Positions 19,926-30,266 of a stretch of 64,000 nucleotides of DNA are shown in pieces (positions within the stretch are counted from its first letter, which is position 1; each line of letters starts with the position of its first letter). Source of the DNA: Candidatus Cloacimonadales bacterium (GTDB taxonomy: Bacteria; Cloacimonadota; Cloacimonadia; Cloacimonadales; JAFGVF01); NCBI GenBank assembly GCA_963663475.2, contig CAXXJV010000001.1:64001-128000 (forward strand). The letters are read 5' to 3'. The notes under the pieces are model-generated. The model saw only the letters and a list, made by a program, of their open reading frames with translations. It did not search any database and was not told the origin of the DNA. The translations under genes and the position numbers were made by a program.

Positions 19926-22676
19926 CTACAACCTTTCTCTATTTTTATATTCAAGAGCAGATTCTAGAATAAAAGCAAAACTAGCTATAGACAAGATATC
20001 TGGAAAAACAGCATCAATGGTATCAAAGACTTTGCCATCTTTGTTATCATCAATATCAGCAACAATATATGGTTTATTGATATTTTCCATTTCTTTTATC
20101 TCTTGTAAAGACTCTAAATCATTAATACTAGCAATTGTTAAGTCTATGAAAATAACATCAAATGTATCTTTTAAAAGTATTTCTTTTAAGTCTTGATCTG
20201 GGGCACATATCTGAACTTTTTGATTAAGAACTTGAGAAATCTTGTAGAGAATTTGATGATTAATATTGCTATAATTAACTAGCAGAAGCTTTAGTGGCAG
20301 TAATTTATTAGTAAGATCAAGACTATTCTTACCTACTTCATTGGGAAGGATATATCTTTCTATACTATTCATATCACTAGAATCTGAAGGACTATCACTC
20401 AGTTCCTTCTCAGAATAGTTTTTAATAGTAAAGATAAACTCTTTATCTGGGTTAATATCACTAGCATATTCAATCTTTCCACCTAGCTGGTCTACCAATT
20501 TGTTTATCACAAGATAGTTAAATCTTAGTTCACTTATCATACTCAAATCATGTATGTCTTCTTGCTTCTTGTTCTCAACCTTTATATACTCCCTAGCTAT
20601 AGTTCCTTGCCAAGAAACAATAGTGAACCTAAGCAAATCATCAGCAGACATTGCTACATCAATAAGTATTGGAATACTTGGGTCAAATTTAGCTAATTTA
20701 ATAATAATGATTTCTAAAAGTTTTTCTAGCTGTTTAACGGCCAAATAAGTTTGTTTCCTTAAATCAGAATCTACCCTATAATACATCTCATTAATGTTAG
20801 TTCTTTCGGTAAAGAATTCTAAAATATACTGAAGTAGTTCTGGCAGATAAACTTCTTGTATTGGAAATGCCTCTGGAGCTGATTCTATTTGAAATTCAGT
20901 CATTTCATTCACTATATAAAGAAGTTGACTTGTCAGATTTTTTACTATTTTATAAGTATCTTCATCTTCATTATTCTCACTAGTATATTCAAGAAAATCT
21001 ACAAGACCATAGATTGATTTGAGCGGAGTATTGAGATCTTTACCAAAATTACTATAAAATTTTCTCTTGGCTTCATTGAAAGCTTTCTGTTCTTCAAGCA
21101 GTAGTTGCATTTTATTCTGCACAGCATTCTTTTGGCTAATATCAGTAATAGATGAGATAATTTCTCTGGTTTCTGGCACCAAAACAACATTTAAAAGGGC
21201 ATCTATGACAAATCCTTTCTTATTAACTAGCTTAACCTCATAGGTATCGATTTTTGGTAATTCATTATTGTAACGACCATCTCGATTAGCTTGCATTTTG
21301 TCCATATCAGCCTTATCTATGAATGCCTTCCAAGTTAATTTATTAATAATCTCTTCTTTAGTATAGCCACTTAGTTCAACAAACTTATCATTTACCATAG
21401 TCACTATACCATCTTCAGCCACAGTAATCATTGCTATTCCAGTATTTTCATATACAGACCTGTATTTTTTCTCTTCACTTTGCAATTCTTTGGTTCTTTC
21501 ATCGACCATGATTTCAAGATTCTCTTTAAGATCTGACAGTTTCTGGTAAGAATTCATTAGCTCATTTTTTAATCTATTCTTCTTAACTAAGGTTATTATC
21601 AGCCAGAAAATTATTAAAGAAAGAATTAGGACAATAACAGCAAAACGTAAGATGATATCTTTATGACTTTGAAAATATGACTCTTGATAATTAATGAAAA
21701 CAGAGTTTTCTGGAACATCTTTTATACTAATACCCCATTTCTGCATTACCTTATAATCGAAATAATAACCATTAGGGCTAACATCAATAATATCTAGCTT
21801 TTCTGCTTCTGCACCTTCAAGTATTTGAATTGCTAGATTGGCAGCATTCTCTCCCTGTAGTCTACCGCTAGTAAGATAGCCACCGACAGCTCCATAACCT
21901 AATGAAAAGTCAATGGATACATAAACTGGTACTGCTGAGTATTTTGCTACTAAAAGGGCACTTTCATCATACTCTAAAAAAGCACCTTGATTATCTTTAA
22001 AAAAAAGACTATAAAGAACTATGGTATCTTGATCTAAATTTGCTAGTAGTTCTTTCAGCTCTTCTATCGAAACATCTTCAACAATCTCAATTTCCACATC
22101 CTCTTTAAATTCTCTCATGTCAGCTAGGATATTTATCCTATTCTCTTTACCAGTTGGAGTCATTTCATTTAGAACAATAATCTTTTTTACATTCTTATGA
22201 ATGCTCTTTATCAGTTGGAAATTCTCTAAAGATATAATTTTTTCTCTTACACCTGTAACATTATTCATACCTTCTAATTGAGATGGGTGGAAGTAGTTTA
22301 ATCCGCAAAATACCAGAGGCGCTTCCTTAAAAATGGATTTATGGAGCTCTTTTACTAATTCAAAAGCATTGTTATCCGCTGTTATTATTAAGTCAAAATG
22401 ACTATCTTTGTACTTATATTCAAGCATCATTTTTAGGTTATCTTTGAAATCTTGATTATTAAATCTTTTAGTATCTAAAAATTCAGTTTTAATTCTTATA
22501 TTATGGTTGTATTTTTTTAAAGATGTTTTTATTGCTGTATCTATATTATCTGACCAAAGAAAACCAGAATGATATGATTGAATTATTAGAACTTGAGGTA
22601 TTTCATAGTCACTTGTTTCTGCCTTAACGATTTGGAAAGACATTATTATAATAATAAAAAATAATATTCTTTTCAT
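19926..22676 (-). CDS. Membrane sensor: ABC-substrate-binding-like periplasmic domain, TM, PAS, degenerate HisKA/HATPase/REC
   Basis: VLIIQSYH..WS, EFLDTKRF, PLVFCGLN periplasmic domain; PAS (VNDKFVELSGYTKEEI); NFGKDLNTPL in place of the H-box; FDVIFID REC-like strand. Confidence 0.8.
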   Translation of the reverse strand: MKRILFFIIIIMSFQIVKAETSDYEIPQVLIIQSYHSGFLWSDNIDTAIKTSLKKYNHNIRIKTEFLDTKRFNNQDFKDNLKMMLEYKYKDSHFDLIITADNNAFELVKELHKSIFKEAPLVFCGLNYFHPSQLEGMNNVTGVREKIISLENFQLIKSIHKNVKKIIVLNEMTPTGKENRINILADMREFKEDVEIEIVEDVSIEELKELLANLDQDTIVLYSLFFKDNQGAFLEYDESALLVAKYSAVPVYVSIDFSLGYGAVGGYLTSGRLQGENAANLAIQILEGAEAEKLDIIDVSPNGYYFDYKVMQKWGISIKDVPENSVFINYQESYFQSHKDIILRFAVIVLILSLIIFWLIITLVKKNRLKNELMNSYQKLSDLKENLEIMVDERTKELQSEEKKYRSVYENTGIAMITVAEDGIVTMVNDKFVELSGYTKEEIINKLTWKAFIDKADMDKMQANRDGRYNNELPKIDTYEVKLVNKKGFVIDALLNVVLVPETREIISSITDISQKNAVQNKMQLLLEEQKAFNEAKRKFYSNFGKDLNTPLKSIYGLVDFLEYTSENNEDEDTYKIVKNLTSQLLYIVNEMTEFQIESAPEAFPIQEVYLPELLQYILEFFTERTNINEMYYRVDSDLRKQTYLAVKQLEKLLEIIIIKLAKFDPSIPILIDVAMSADDLLRFTIVSWQGTIAREYIKVENKKQEDIHDLSMISELRFNYLVINKLVDQLGGKIEYASDINPDKEFIFTIKNYSEKELSDSPSDSSDMNSIERYILPNEVGKNSLDLTNKLLPLKLLLVNYSNINHQILYKISQVLNQKVQICAPDQDLKEILLKDTFDVIFIDLTIASINDLESLQEIKEMENINKPYIVADIDDNKDGKVFDTIDAVFPDILSIASFAFILESALEYKNRERL

Positions 22677-22895
22677 AATAACCTCTAATATAATGATATA
22701 GATAAGATAAGTAAAATAAATTTAATTACAACTTATTTTTTAAGATTTTATAATTACCTCAAGTATAGCTATTACAATAGACTTTTAGCTGGACTTTTTT
22801 GCTTGTCATAAACAATAAGTTCCCTTTTTCAATAGACATCTATATAGTAAGCTGGCTTTCTACTTAAGTGTTCAGAGATAATTTATATATTTTTC

Positions 22896-22925
22896 TTGAC
22901 TAAAATTACATGCAATTAGTTCTTG
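22896..22925 (+). promoter_or_regulatory. Putative sigma70 promoter of the small Cys4 ORF
   Basis: TTGACT at 22896; GAGGAG RBS precedes ATG 22957. Confidence 0.4.
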
Positions 22926-22956
22926 GATAATAATACATAATAATTGAGGAGCTATC

Positions 22957-23121
22957 ATGGCAAAGAATTACCGTGGAAAGAATATTGAAAAGAAAAGAGG
23001 AACTTGCCCTTCTTGTGGAAGAACAGGTGTTAAGCTTCTTCATGAAGTTAAAAAAGATGATAAAACTATAATGGTTTGTAAGGTTTGCAAAAAAGTAGAC
23101 CCAGCAAAAATAGAAGCATAA
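22957..23121 (+). CDS. Small basic CxxC...CxxC zinc-ribbon protein, 54 aa, absent from the ORF track
   Basis: Translated by hand: MAKNYRGKNIEKKRGTCPSCGRTGVKLLHEVKKDDKTIMVCKVCKKVDPAKIEA; GAGGAG RBS; own terminator. Confidence 0.85.
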   Translation: MAKNYRGKNIEKKRGTCPSCGRTGVKLLHEVKKDDKTIMVCKVCKKVDPAKIEA

Positions 23122-23127
23122 GTTTAT

Positions 23128-23153
23128 GAGGCTATTTAGCCTCTTTTTTTTTT
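23128..23153 (+). terminator. Intrinsic terminator between the small ORF and convergent cls
   Basis: GAGGCTA-TT-TAGCCTC followed by a long T-run. Confidence 0.85.
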
Positions 23154-24696
23154 ACAAGATAGGAGAGAAAAGTCTTGCTACTCCTATCTTTAATTTTGTA
23201 AAAAAGGAGATATTATCAATATCTTGAAGCCTTATCAGCCGTGAATTTTCTATATCTTCAAAGAATTGTTTTTCCATTTCTCTCGTTGTTTTTTCATCAT
23301 ATATCAAACCATTAATCTCAAAATTCTGCACAAATGATCTTATATCCATATTTGCAGTTCCTATAGAACATACTTCCCCATCTACCAGCATTACTTTAGC
23401 ATGAATAAAACCTCTTTGATACTCATAGATTTTAACTCCTGCTTCCATTAATTCTTGATAATACGACCTAGTTCCCCAGAAAACAACTATATGGTCTGCC
23501 TTTCCAGGTACAATAATTCTCACATCGACTCCACTTAAGGCTGAAGTTATTAGAGCCATACTAAGGCTCTCATTGAGAATTAGATAGGGTGAAGTTATAT
23601 AGATTTTATTTTGAGCTTTTGTTATTGCTGAGAAATATATTTGCATAATGCTTTCCCAGTTGGAATCTGGTCCTGAAGTAACTATTTGCATAGGCAATTT
23701 ATCTTCGAGACCCACTTCTGGATAAAACTCCTGTTTAAAGAGATATTCTTTAGAAACAAAAAAGAGATCAGTTAAAAAAACTGTCTGTAAGGCATAGACA
23801 GAGCCACCGATTATTCGCATATGAGTATCTCGCCAATAACCAAAATATTTATCTCTACTAGCATACTTATCACCTATGTTAAGTCCACCTAAATAAGCTA
23901 TCTTGCCATCAATAACAACAATTTTTCTATGGTTTCTGTAGTTAAACCTACTGTTAAAGAAAGGTAGCCTTACTTTATTGAAATAATGGCATTCAACTCC
24001 ATGCTTGCTTAGTTTTTTTGCTAGAGTAAATCTAAACTTCCAAGAACCAACATCATCAACAATTATTCTAACCTTAACCCCTTCTTTAGCTCTTCTAATT
24101 AGCAGGGCTGAGAGTTCTTTTCCCAAATGATCTGTAGCAAAAGCAAAATATTCCAGATGAATATGTTGCTTTGCTTGAGCAATATCTTTAAACATTGCCC
24201 CAAAGAGTTTATTTCCATCAGGATAAATATTCACTCTGTTATACTCACTCAAGAAAGCTTTACTATTCTTATGGAGTAGGTGGGATATTCTATGACTTAA
24301 AGGGGTTTTAAAAAGTTCCTTATTGGCATAACTACTATTCAAAAATTTGTACATAGATTTAAACTCTATCCTATCAACAAGTTCTTTATCAGAAAACATT
24401 TTTCGTTTTCTAAAATTGCGTCCTAAAGTAAGATAAAAGAAAATACCAAGAACAGGTATGAAGAGAAGGACAAGTAACCAGGCAAAAGTATGAGCAGAGG
24501 ATTTTCTTTCAATAATGATAACTATTGTTATTGTTATCACTGATATAGCTGATAAAACAGCCCAAACTGTTGAGATCGTTAGCATGTGAGGTTTCTGAAT
24601 AAAAAAAGCTATAATGGCTAAAATAGCTAAGATTATTGCTGAAGAATAGAAAAATAATTTCTTTTTTAAATATCTGGGATGTTTAGTAGTTAACAT
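23152..24696 (-). CDS. cls: Cardiolipin synthase
   Basis: N-terminal TMs and PLDc_N; two HKD motifs (HRKIVVIDG, HAKVMLVDG); GTANMDIRS. Confidence 0.95.
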   Translation of the reverse strand: MLTTKHPRYLKKKLFFYSSAIILAILAIIAFFIQKPHMLTISTVWAVLSAISVITITIVIIIERKSSAHTFAWLLVLLFIPVLGIFFYLTLGRNFRKRKMFSDKELVDRIEFKSMYKFLNSSYANKELFKTPLSHRISHLLHKNSKAFLSEYNRVNIYPDGNKLFGAMFKDIAQAKQHIHLEYFAFATDHLGKELSALLIRRAKEGVKVRIIVDDVGSWKFRFTLAKKLSKHGVECHYFNKVRLPFFNSRFNYRNHRKIVVIDGKIAYLGGLNIGDKYASRDKYFGYWRDTHMRIIGGSVYALQTVFLTDLFFVSKEYLFKQEFYPEVGLEDKLPMQIVTSGPDSNWESIMQIYFSAITKAQNKIYITSPYLILNESLSMALITSALSGVDVRIIVPGKADHIVVFWGTRSYYQELMEAGVKIYEYQRGFIHAKVMLVDGEVCSIGTANMDIRSFVQNFEINGLIYDEKTTREMEKQFFEDIENSRLIRLQDIDNISFFTKLKIGVARLFSPIL

Positions 24697-24702
24697 AGAA
24701 TT

Positions 24703-25509
24703 TTATAAGTATTTTAAGTATTCTCTACCTTCTACTCCAGCATATAGCTCAATATATTTCTTAACTGGACTTTTTAATATTTTAGGGAATAAAACTTCTT
24801 CAATCTGGAAGAAACCCACAGAAGCAGTCATTGTTACTTTAATCTCAATTGCTTTATGCTGACCTTTTTCAAACCTAACTTTTTGAATTGCATTAGCTGA
24901 AGTACGATGAATATCACCAGGTTTAGGATTTGAAGCCAATAAAGTTGGTATTCTAGCCCTTCCATGTTCCATATCAGCTCCATCTGCTATCAAGACTAAT
25001 CCTGCTTCTAAGGAGTGGATTTTCTGGGTACCCATATGACCAAAAATACCCTCTATAGCTATAGACTGAACAGCCATTTTAGTTTTTATATCTGATTTAT
25101 CATAGACTAAATCAAGGTATTTTCTTATATAAGGCAAGGCAATTTGCACACTCATAAGTTCATGATTTTCACGAGCTATACTCATACCAAAATCATGAAA
25201 TAAAGATGCTAAAATTATCCCTATAAGTGAATCCTCTTTACTCCCTAACCCTTCCTTTTCTAAATTAAATTTTACTCCATTTTCTGATAACAAGCCAAAC
25301 ATCACAATAGCATTTAAAGTTGCCTTCCGCATGTGAACAGGCCCATGGTCATTATAACCTAACCTTTTTATTGAAACACTATTGCAATAATCCTGGAGAG
25401 CTTGAATTTCCTCATCTTGAAAAATACTTTCAGTAATCTGGTAAGCCTTACCTGCTAATAAGTTTAGTATTTTTTCTTCAAAATGTGTTTGTTTAACTGA
25501 TTTATTCAT
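24703..25509 (-). CDS. HD-domain metal-dependent phosphohydrolase
   Basis: YNDHGPVH, LFHDFG, IFGH, ADGAD motifs. Confidence 0.85.
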   Translation of the reverse strand: MNKSVKQTHFEEKILNLLAGKAYQITESIFQDEEIQALQDYCNSVSIKRLGYNDHGPVHMRKATLNAIVMFGLLSENGVKFNLEKEGLGSKEDSLIGIILASLFHDFGMSIARENHELMSVQIALPYIRKYLDLVYDKSDIKTKMAVQSIAIEGIFGHMGTQKIHSLEAGLVLIADGADMEHGRARIPTLLASNPKPGDIHRTSANAIQKVRFEKGQHKAIEIKVTMTASVGFFQIEEVLFPKILKSPVKKYIELYAGVEGREYLKYL

Positions 25510-25614
25510 TAAAACTCCCTTATCGTTTTTTATAAACTAGTAATATTTCCTAAATTTACAAATTTTATCTTATTTATTCTCCCTTTCTCTGTTTCTTCTA
25601 TGTAAACTGAGATT

Positions 25615-28600
25615 CTACTTCATGACACATATCTTTCTAATTTTCTGGGATTTTTCATCTTTATATTTTAGGAAATAGACTCCTGAGCTTACTCTCTGTC
25701 CCTGATTGTTTGTCAAGTTCCACTTCAAGTTTGTATTTTCTTCTTTACAATCCTGCACATGGAAGTCTTTAACTTTCTGCCCTTTAAGATTATAGATAGT
25801 AAGTGAATAGCTTGTGTTTTTAGTATTAGGAATATAAATATTAGCTATTTTAGAAATCGGGTTAGGGCTAACTTGGATATTTCTAACTGGGACAACATCA
25901 TTATTTTCATTATCAGTGATGGTAGTAATGGTTAGTTGAGCTTCATAGTTGCCACTTTCATCAGTTTCTGGTATTGTTTGAAAAACATTAGTCAATCTGA
26001 TTTGATTATTTCCCATAATTAAATCAAGCGGGTAATTATCAGGGTTATTGCTCTCTTTTATACGGATTTGAACTGCTTGATCAAGGGTATTAGTAAAAGC
26101 AAGATCCCATTGATAAGTATCTTCTCTACTTGGATCTAACATTTTTTGGTGCATTTTAGGATAGTAATTGCTAAGAGGAGGCTGACTAACAATATAAGCT
26201 TCTGTAAGTCCATAACTTGGTCTTAGAGGTGCTTTCATAACATCATAATAGAAATCTATCACAGGTGTTAGGTTATTTTGCAGTCCAATGGTAACTTCAT
26301 CTTTAGCTCCGTTAAGAGTTTTCAGTTGGAGAGTGAAGAAGACTTGAGCAGGCTCATAGGTAAAGTTTTCATTAAGGTTAACTGGATCAAATCTAATATT
26401 AATGAGAGAGTTAGATACCTGGCAGAGAAAGGCACTTTCAAAAGCTCTGAGAGTATCAATACGAGTATAGGCTCCATCTCTCACCCCTATAATCGCAGGA
26501 AGGATCATTTGACTGTTAACTAAAGTCTTATAACTTTTCATAAGTCCGTTCACTTCGAAGAGAAAATCTTTAACAGCATAATCCAGAGGGTGTGGATTAC
26601 TTATATGATTCCAGCCTTGATTAAGCTGATACTGACTACTTTCTAAGTATGGCAAACTACTTATCGGAATATTTTGATCATTACTAACATTTATCAAGTA
26701 AGCATTATTATGGGAAAGTAGTGAGCAATTAGTGAATTCTTCGTCAAAGAAAGAATATGCTTGCAAGTTTTCTTGATACAAAGCTAGATCTAGGTCATCA
26801 ATAAAAGGATATGAGAATAAGTAATTAGCAGACTGCGATGAAAGATTTAGTTCTTGGATTTCAGAAATAAGCACAAATCTAGAATAAGACTTGTAGTCTA
26901 TAATTTGTCCATCACTAGCATTTACTCTTACCATCAAATTCATCATTCTATAGTCTTCTGAATTATCATTAAGATAGTTGAAAGAAGTAGTTGTCGCAGG
27001 TAAATTACTTGCCACAAAAATTGAATCTCTCCCATTAGTAAAATATAAATCTATATCATTAACTAGTTGAGGATAATCGAGATCCCAGTTTAGGTCAATC
27101 TCATTTCCTTGATAGGAAATTGCAGAGGTAAGATTAGGAAATGATACTTGAGCTTGGAGATTTCCCCAGATCAGTTTAAGCTCATAATTACCAGGTTCAG
27201 GAAAACTTATAAGAGGCTCTTGATCAGTAAGGGAATATAGATTCCCTGCATATTCAAGGTAAAATCTTTCAGATAAACGGGGAGCATCAAGAGAAAAAGT
27301 AAGATTTTCTGGGGGATTATTAATAATTAAGTCCATATACCTAACTTCTGATATAGGATCAAAATCACCAATTATATTTCTAGTAAGTTTCTGATTATCA
27401 GCATTTATAGCTAAATAGTCTTCTGTTGACTCATTCATTTGATCATAGACATCATCATAAGAATCAGTAGCATAATAGCTTTTGCCAAAGGTGATACTTT
27501 CATCCCATGAGTTACCAGTAGAAGCTAAGTTAATATAGCTTGCTAAGGAAGCATGCATAATCTGAGAAATCTGACCACTTGTTCCAGCAGTATTTACCAC
27601 ATGCACCTTATAAGCATAAATATTTGTAATTTCAACATTAGTATCAGTAAATGAAAAGAACTGGGTATAAGGGCTAGTTATCTGTAGATCTGAATTATTT
27701 TCATAACTGGAATACAAGGCAAAATCTGAATCACCTTCTTTCCTATATACTTCAAAACCAAGGCAGTTTTGTTGCTGATTCATAGACCAATCAAAGCTGA
27801 TGTTAGAATCGCTAGCAAAGAAATCAAATTCAGAGGTTATTATAGGTAGGGTATTATAGATTATTTCTTCAGAAAGCTCTGAAACATTCCCATTATAATC
27901 TCTAGTTCTCATTGCCATATAATAGGTTTGATTTATTTCTAAATCTGGCAAAGAAGCATTATCTGTCATTGGGTAAGCAAGTCTTTCAACTTGTTCACGA
28001 TTCACTATACTATAATTATTTTCAGAAATTGGATCTACAGAGTAGAGAATTTCATAAGAATAAAAATCATAAGCGGGAGCGAGATCCCAAGCTATAGAGT
28101 TCCCCCCTCCTCCATAATATCTTCTTAAATTGGTGGGAGCTTCTGGAATCAGTCCATCATCAAACTCAATCCAGTCTGCTACCGAAGAAGTTAAGGCTGT
28201 AAGAAATGGTTGGTAATAACTTGCAAGTTTGGTATATCTTTGTAACATATTCCAGCTATTATTATATGAATTGAAACCATAAAATTCTTTGAAAGATTCT
28301 TCGTTTTGACTATAACAATTGGGAAGCTCATCAAATTCTACATGGAAAAAAGGGGAAAAGACATCCCATTCACTAAAGTTACTAGTTGAATATTGATCAT
28401 GAAAAGAGTTAGGATAACCAGGTAAATCTACTTGGGAGCTAATTTCTAAGGTATCTTGATAAATTGTTGGATAAAAGTAATTATGGACACTATAATAATC
28501 GCTAACTACCACTTGTTCATTATTGCCTATACTAGCTTGAGGGACAACAATATAATCAGTATATTGGATAAGATCTTGTTGAAGAGGTGAAAAGTCTCTA

Positions 28601-29445
28601 ATAGGTAATCCAGCAGGTCTATTATATTGACCAGGAGAAACTTGACAACTAGCCCTATTGGGATGGGAATCCCAATCATAGGAGTGAAGTTGTACAGAAA
28701 GTTCTCTTCTATCAAAATCACTTCTGATTTTATCACAAGCTTTTGCATAAAAATAATTAAATGGGTGGTCATGATTACGTGAAGGATCACTTAGTGATTT
28801 ATTATTGGAATAAGATCCCCACTCACTCCACATTACTTCTCTCCCACTCCCGTTTATCATTAAGTATTGGGCATTTAATTCTTGAAAACTTTGCACAGAC
28901 AAATAAGGAGTAACAAAATCATCGTTAGGATGAGGAGCTGTAACTAAGATAGGATTAGGAGAAGTTGTTCGATATATATAAATACCCCAGCCAAAATCAA
29001 AAGAACCAATTTCATCATCAAATGATGCACTAGTCCCATTATCATCTGTATAAGTAAGATTAAGATTCTCTCTTAACATATAATATATATCATCTCCATC
29101 AGTAAATTTAACAACTGAGTAGGGGATATTGTTTTGAACTAATAAATTATGAGCATTGTTATACTCTTCATTGAAAAAGTAATCTACTGCTTCTTCCCAA
29201 ATATCACTTTGACTTTCACTAGGCAAAGTAAACTGTCCAAATCCATCAGTCTGCCTGTCATAAGGTGCATACATATTGTAGCCTTCCTCTGCTATTCCTT
29301 CTACAATATGTGAAACCCATTTACTATATGCAGAATTTTCTTCTACAGCTAATAAAAAATCATTTAAACTACCAGATTCTTCAATTATGGCATTAGCCTT
29401 AATAAAAAATAGTAAAACAAAAATTAAAAATACCACTCTTTTCAT
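25615..29445 (-). CDS. Large secreted protein: putative Zn-hydrolase N-domain, FN3 repeats, FlgD/T9SS-type CTD (start ATG 29445)
   Basis: Signal peptide MKRVVFL..; TAPHPNDD, QLHSY, FHVE; FN3 PEAPTNL..W..YEI; CTD SPNP..IYNLKGQKVK..W..SSGVYF. Confidence 0.8.
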   Translation of the reverse strand: MKRVVFLIFVLLFFIKANAIIEESGSLNDFLLAVEENSAYSKWVSHIVEGIAEEGYNMYAPYDRQTDGFGQFTLPSESQSDIWEEAVDYFFNEEYNNAHNLLVQNNIPYSVVKFTDGDDIYYMLRENLNLTYTDDNGTSASFDDEIGSFDFGWGIYIYRTTSPNPILVTAPHPNDDFVTPYLSVQSFQELNAQYLMINGSGREVMWSEWGSYSNNKSLSDPSRNHDHPFNYFYAKACDKIRSDFDRRELSVQLHSYDWDSHPNRASCQVSPGQYNRPAGLPIRDFSPLQQDLIQYTDYIVVPQASIGNNEQVVVSDYYSVHNYFYPTIYQDTLEISSQVDLPGYPNSFHDQYSTSNFSEWDVFSPFFHVEFDELPNCYSQNEESFKEFYGFNSYNNSWNMLQRYTKLASYYQPFLTALTSSVADWIEFDDGLIPEAPTNLRRYYGGGGNSIAWDLAPAYDFYSYEILYSVDPISENNYSIVNREQVERLAYPMTDNASLPDLEINQTYYMAMRTRDYNGNVSELSEEIIYNTLPIITSEFDFFASDSNISFDWSMNQQQNCLGFEVYRKEGDSDFALYSSYENNSDLQITSPYTQFFSFTDTNVEITNIYAYKVHVVNTAGTSGQISQIMHASLASYINLASTGNSWDESITFGKSYYATDSYDDVYDQMNESTEDYLAINADNQKLTRNIIGDFDPISEVRYMDLIINNPPENLTFSLDAPRLSERFYLEYAGNLYSLTDQEPLISFPEPGNYELKLIWGNLQAQVSFPNLTSAISYQGNEIDLNWDLDYPQLVNDIDLYFTNGRDSIFVASNLPATTTSFNYLNDNSEDYRMMNLMVRVNASDGQIIDYKSYSRFVLISEIQELNLSSQSANYLFSYPFIDDLDLALYQENLQAYSFFDEEFTNCSLLSHNNAYLINVSNDQNIPISSLPYLESSQYQLNQGWNHISNPHPLDYAVKDFLFEVNGLMKSYKTLVNSQMILPAIIGVRDGAYTRIDTLRAFESAFLCQVSNSLINIRFDPVNLNENFTYEPAQVFFTLQLKTLNGAKDEVTIGLQNNLTPVIDFYYDVMKAPLRPSYGLTEAYIVSQPPLSNYYPKMHQKMLDPSREDTYQWDLAFTNTLDQAVQIRIKESNNPDNYPLDLIMGNNQIRLTNVFQTIPETDESGNYEAQLTITTITDNENNDVVPVRNIQVSPNPISKIANIYIPNTKNTSYSLTIYNLKGQKVKDFHVQDCKEENTNLKWNLTNNQGQRVSSGVYFLKYKDEKSQKIRKICVMK

Positions 29446-29520
29446 TATCTCTCCCACTCTGTCTTTTTACGAGTTATGTTAAGTTTACTTATTGTTTAAA
29501 TGCCTATTCTTCAGTATGAT

Positions 29521-29715
29521 TAACCAGAATAGTGCAGTAGAACTTTGATAATACTTCGCTAAAGCTAGGTATCACAGGTGAAGAGTGCTAGATTCTTTTA
29601 GTAAAATAAGTTACAGAATTTGAAGGCATATAATATATATTCCTGAAAAGTATGTAGCTTACTTTTGCAAAAGAGATTCCGCTATCCGCAAAGCCTTACT
29701 GCATTATTTGAGTTA
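29521..29715 (+). repeat. Palindromic MITE-like element, full-length copy with the ~30-nt insertion
   Basis: TAACCAGAATAGTGCAGTAG ... TACTGCATTATTTGAGTTA; insertion ataatacttcgctaaagctaggtatcacag shared with the 19721 copy. Confidence 0.9.
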
Positions 29716-30052
29716 AATCATTGCTCTATAACATATTATTTCATAAATAAAAATTTGGTCAAGGATAAAGTTTTTTCTTTTTGCTCCACTATTTAGGATA
29801 ATTTAAGTATCTTAGTTTGATTATCCAAAGTATCCCTGAAAGGGATATAAGACCTATCCCTTGAGGATTATTTCTTATTCTGCTAAAATAATACTATCGA
29901 TAGTAACTTATAATCAGTAAACTACTGTAATACAATATCTAGTGCAAAATAATGCAACATAATTTCCACCAGACTTGAACTTGAGCCAAAAAAGATGAAA
30001 AAAAAATGAAGATTATTCTCATTTTGCCATTTTTTCAGTAATCTTCCATATT

Positions 30053-30111
30053 CCTTCCTTTACGGTCTTTCGATGAAAACCCCACTTTCATCGAAAGACC
30101 GTAAAGGAAGG
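30053..30111. repeat. Perfect 26-bp inverted repeat with a 7-nt loop
   Basis: CCTTCCTTTACGGTCTTTCGATGAAA-accccac-TTTCATCGAAAGACCGTAAAGGAAGG. Confidence 0.95.
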
Positions 30112-30133
30112 GTAGAGGATGACCTAGGCTTAT

Positions 30134-30266
30134 TAACCCAAGTAGGCAGTAGGATTTTAGGTAAAAAATGGCGTTTTTTCACGCAAAATAGGTGACATAA
30201 TTTTGACGCATGTATTTTATATTATATATTCGGAGAAATTAGGGATCTTACTTTTGCAGAAGAATA
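30134..30266 (+). repeat. Palindromic MITE-like element, right-truncated copy
   Basis: TAACCCAAGTAGGCAGTAG start; core ttttgacgcat..tatattcggagaaatta..tacttttgcagaagaata shared with the 13561 copy. Confidence 0.85.

Noticed and set aside
30053-30111. Diversity-generating retroelement hairpin or intrinsic terminator
   Set aside because: No reverse transcriptase or TR/VR pair in the window; no adjacent gene end or U-tract
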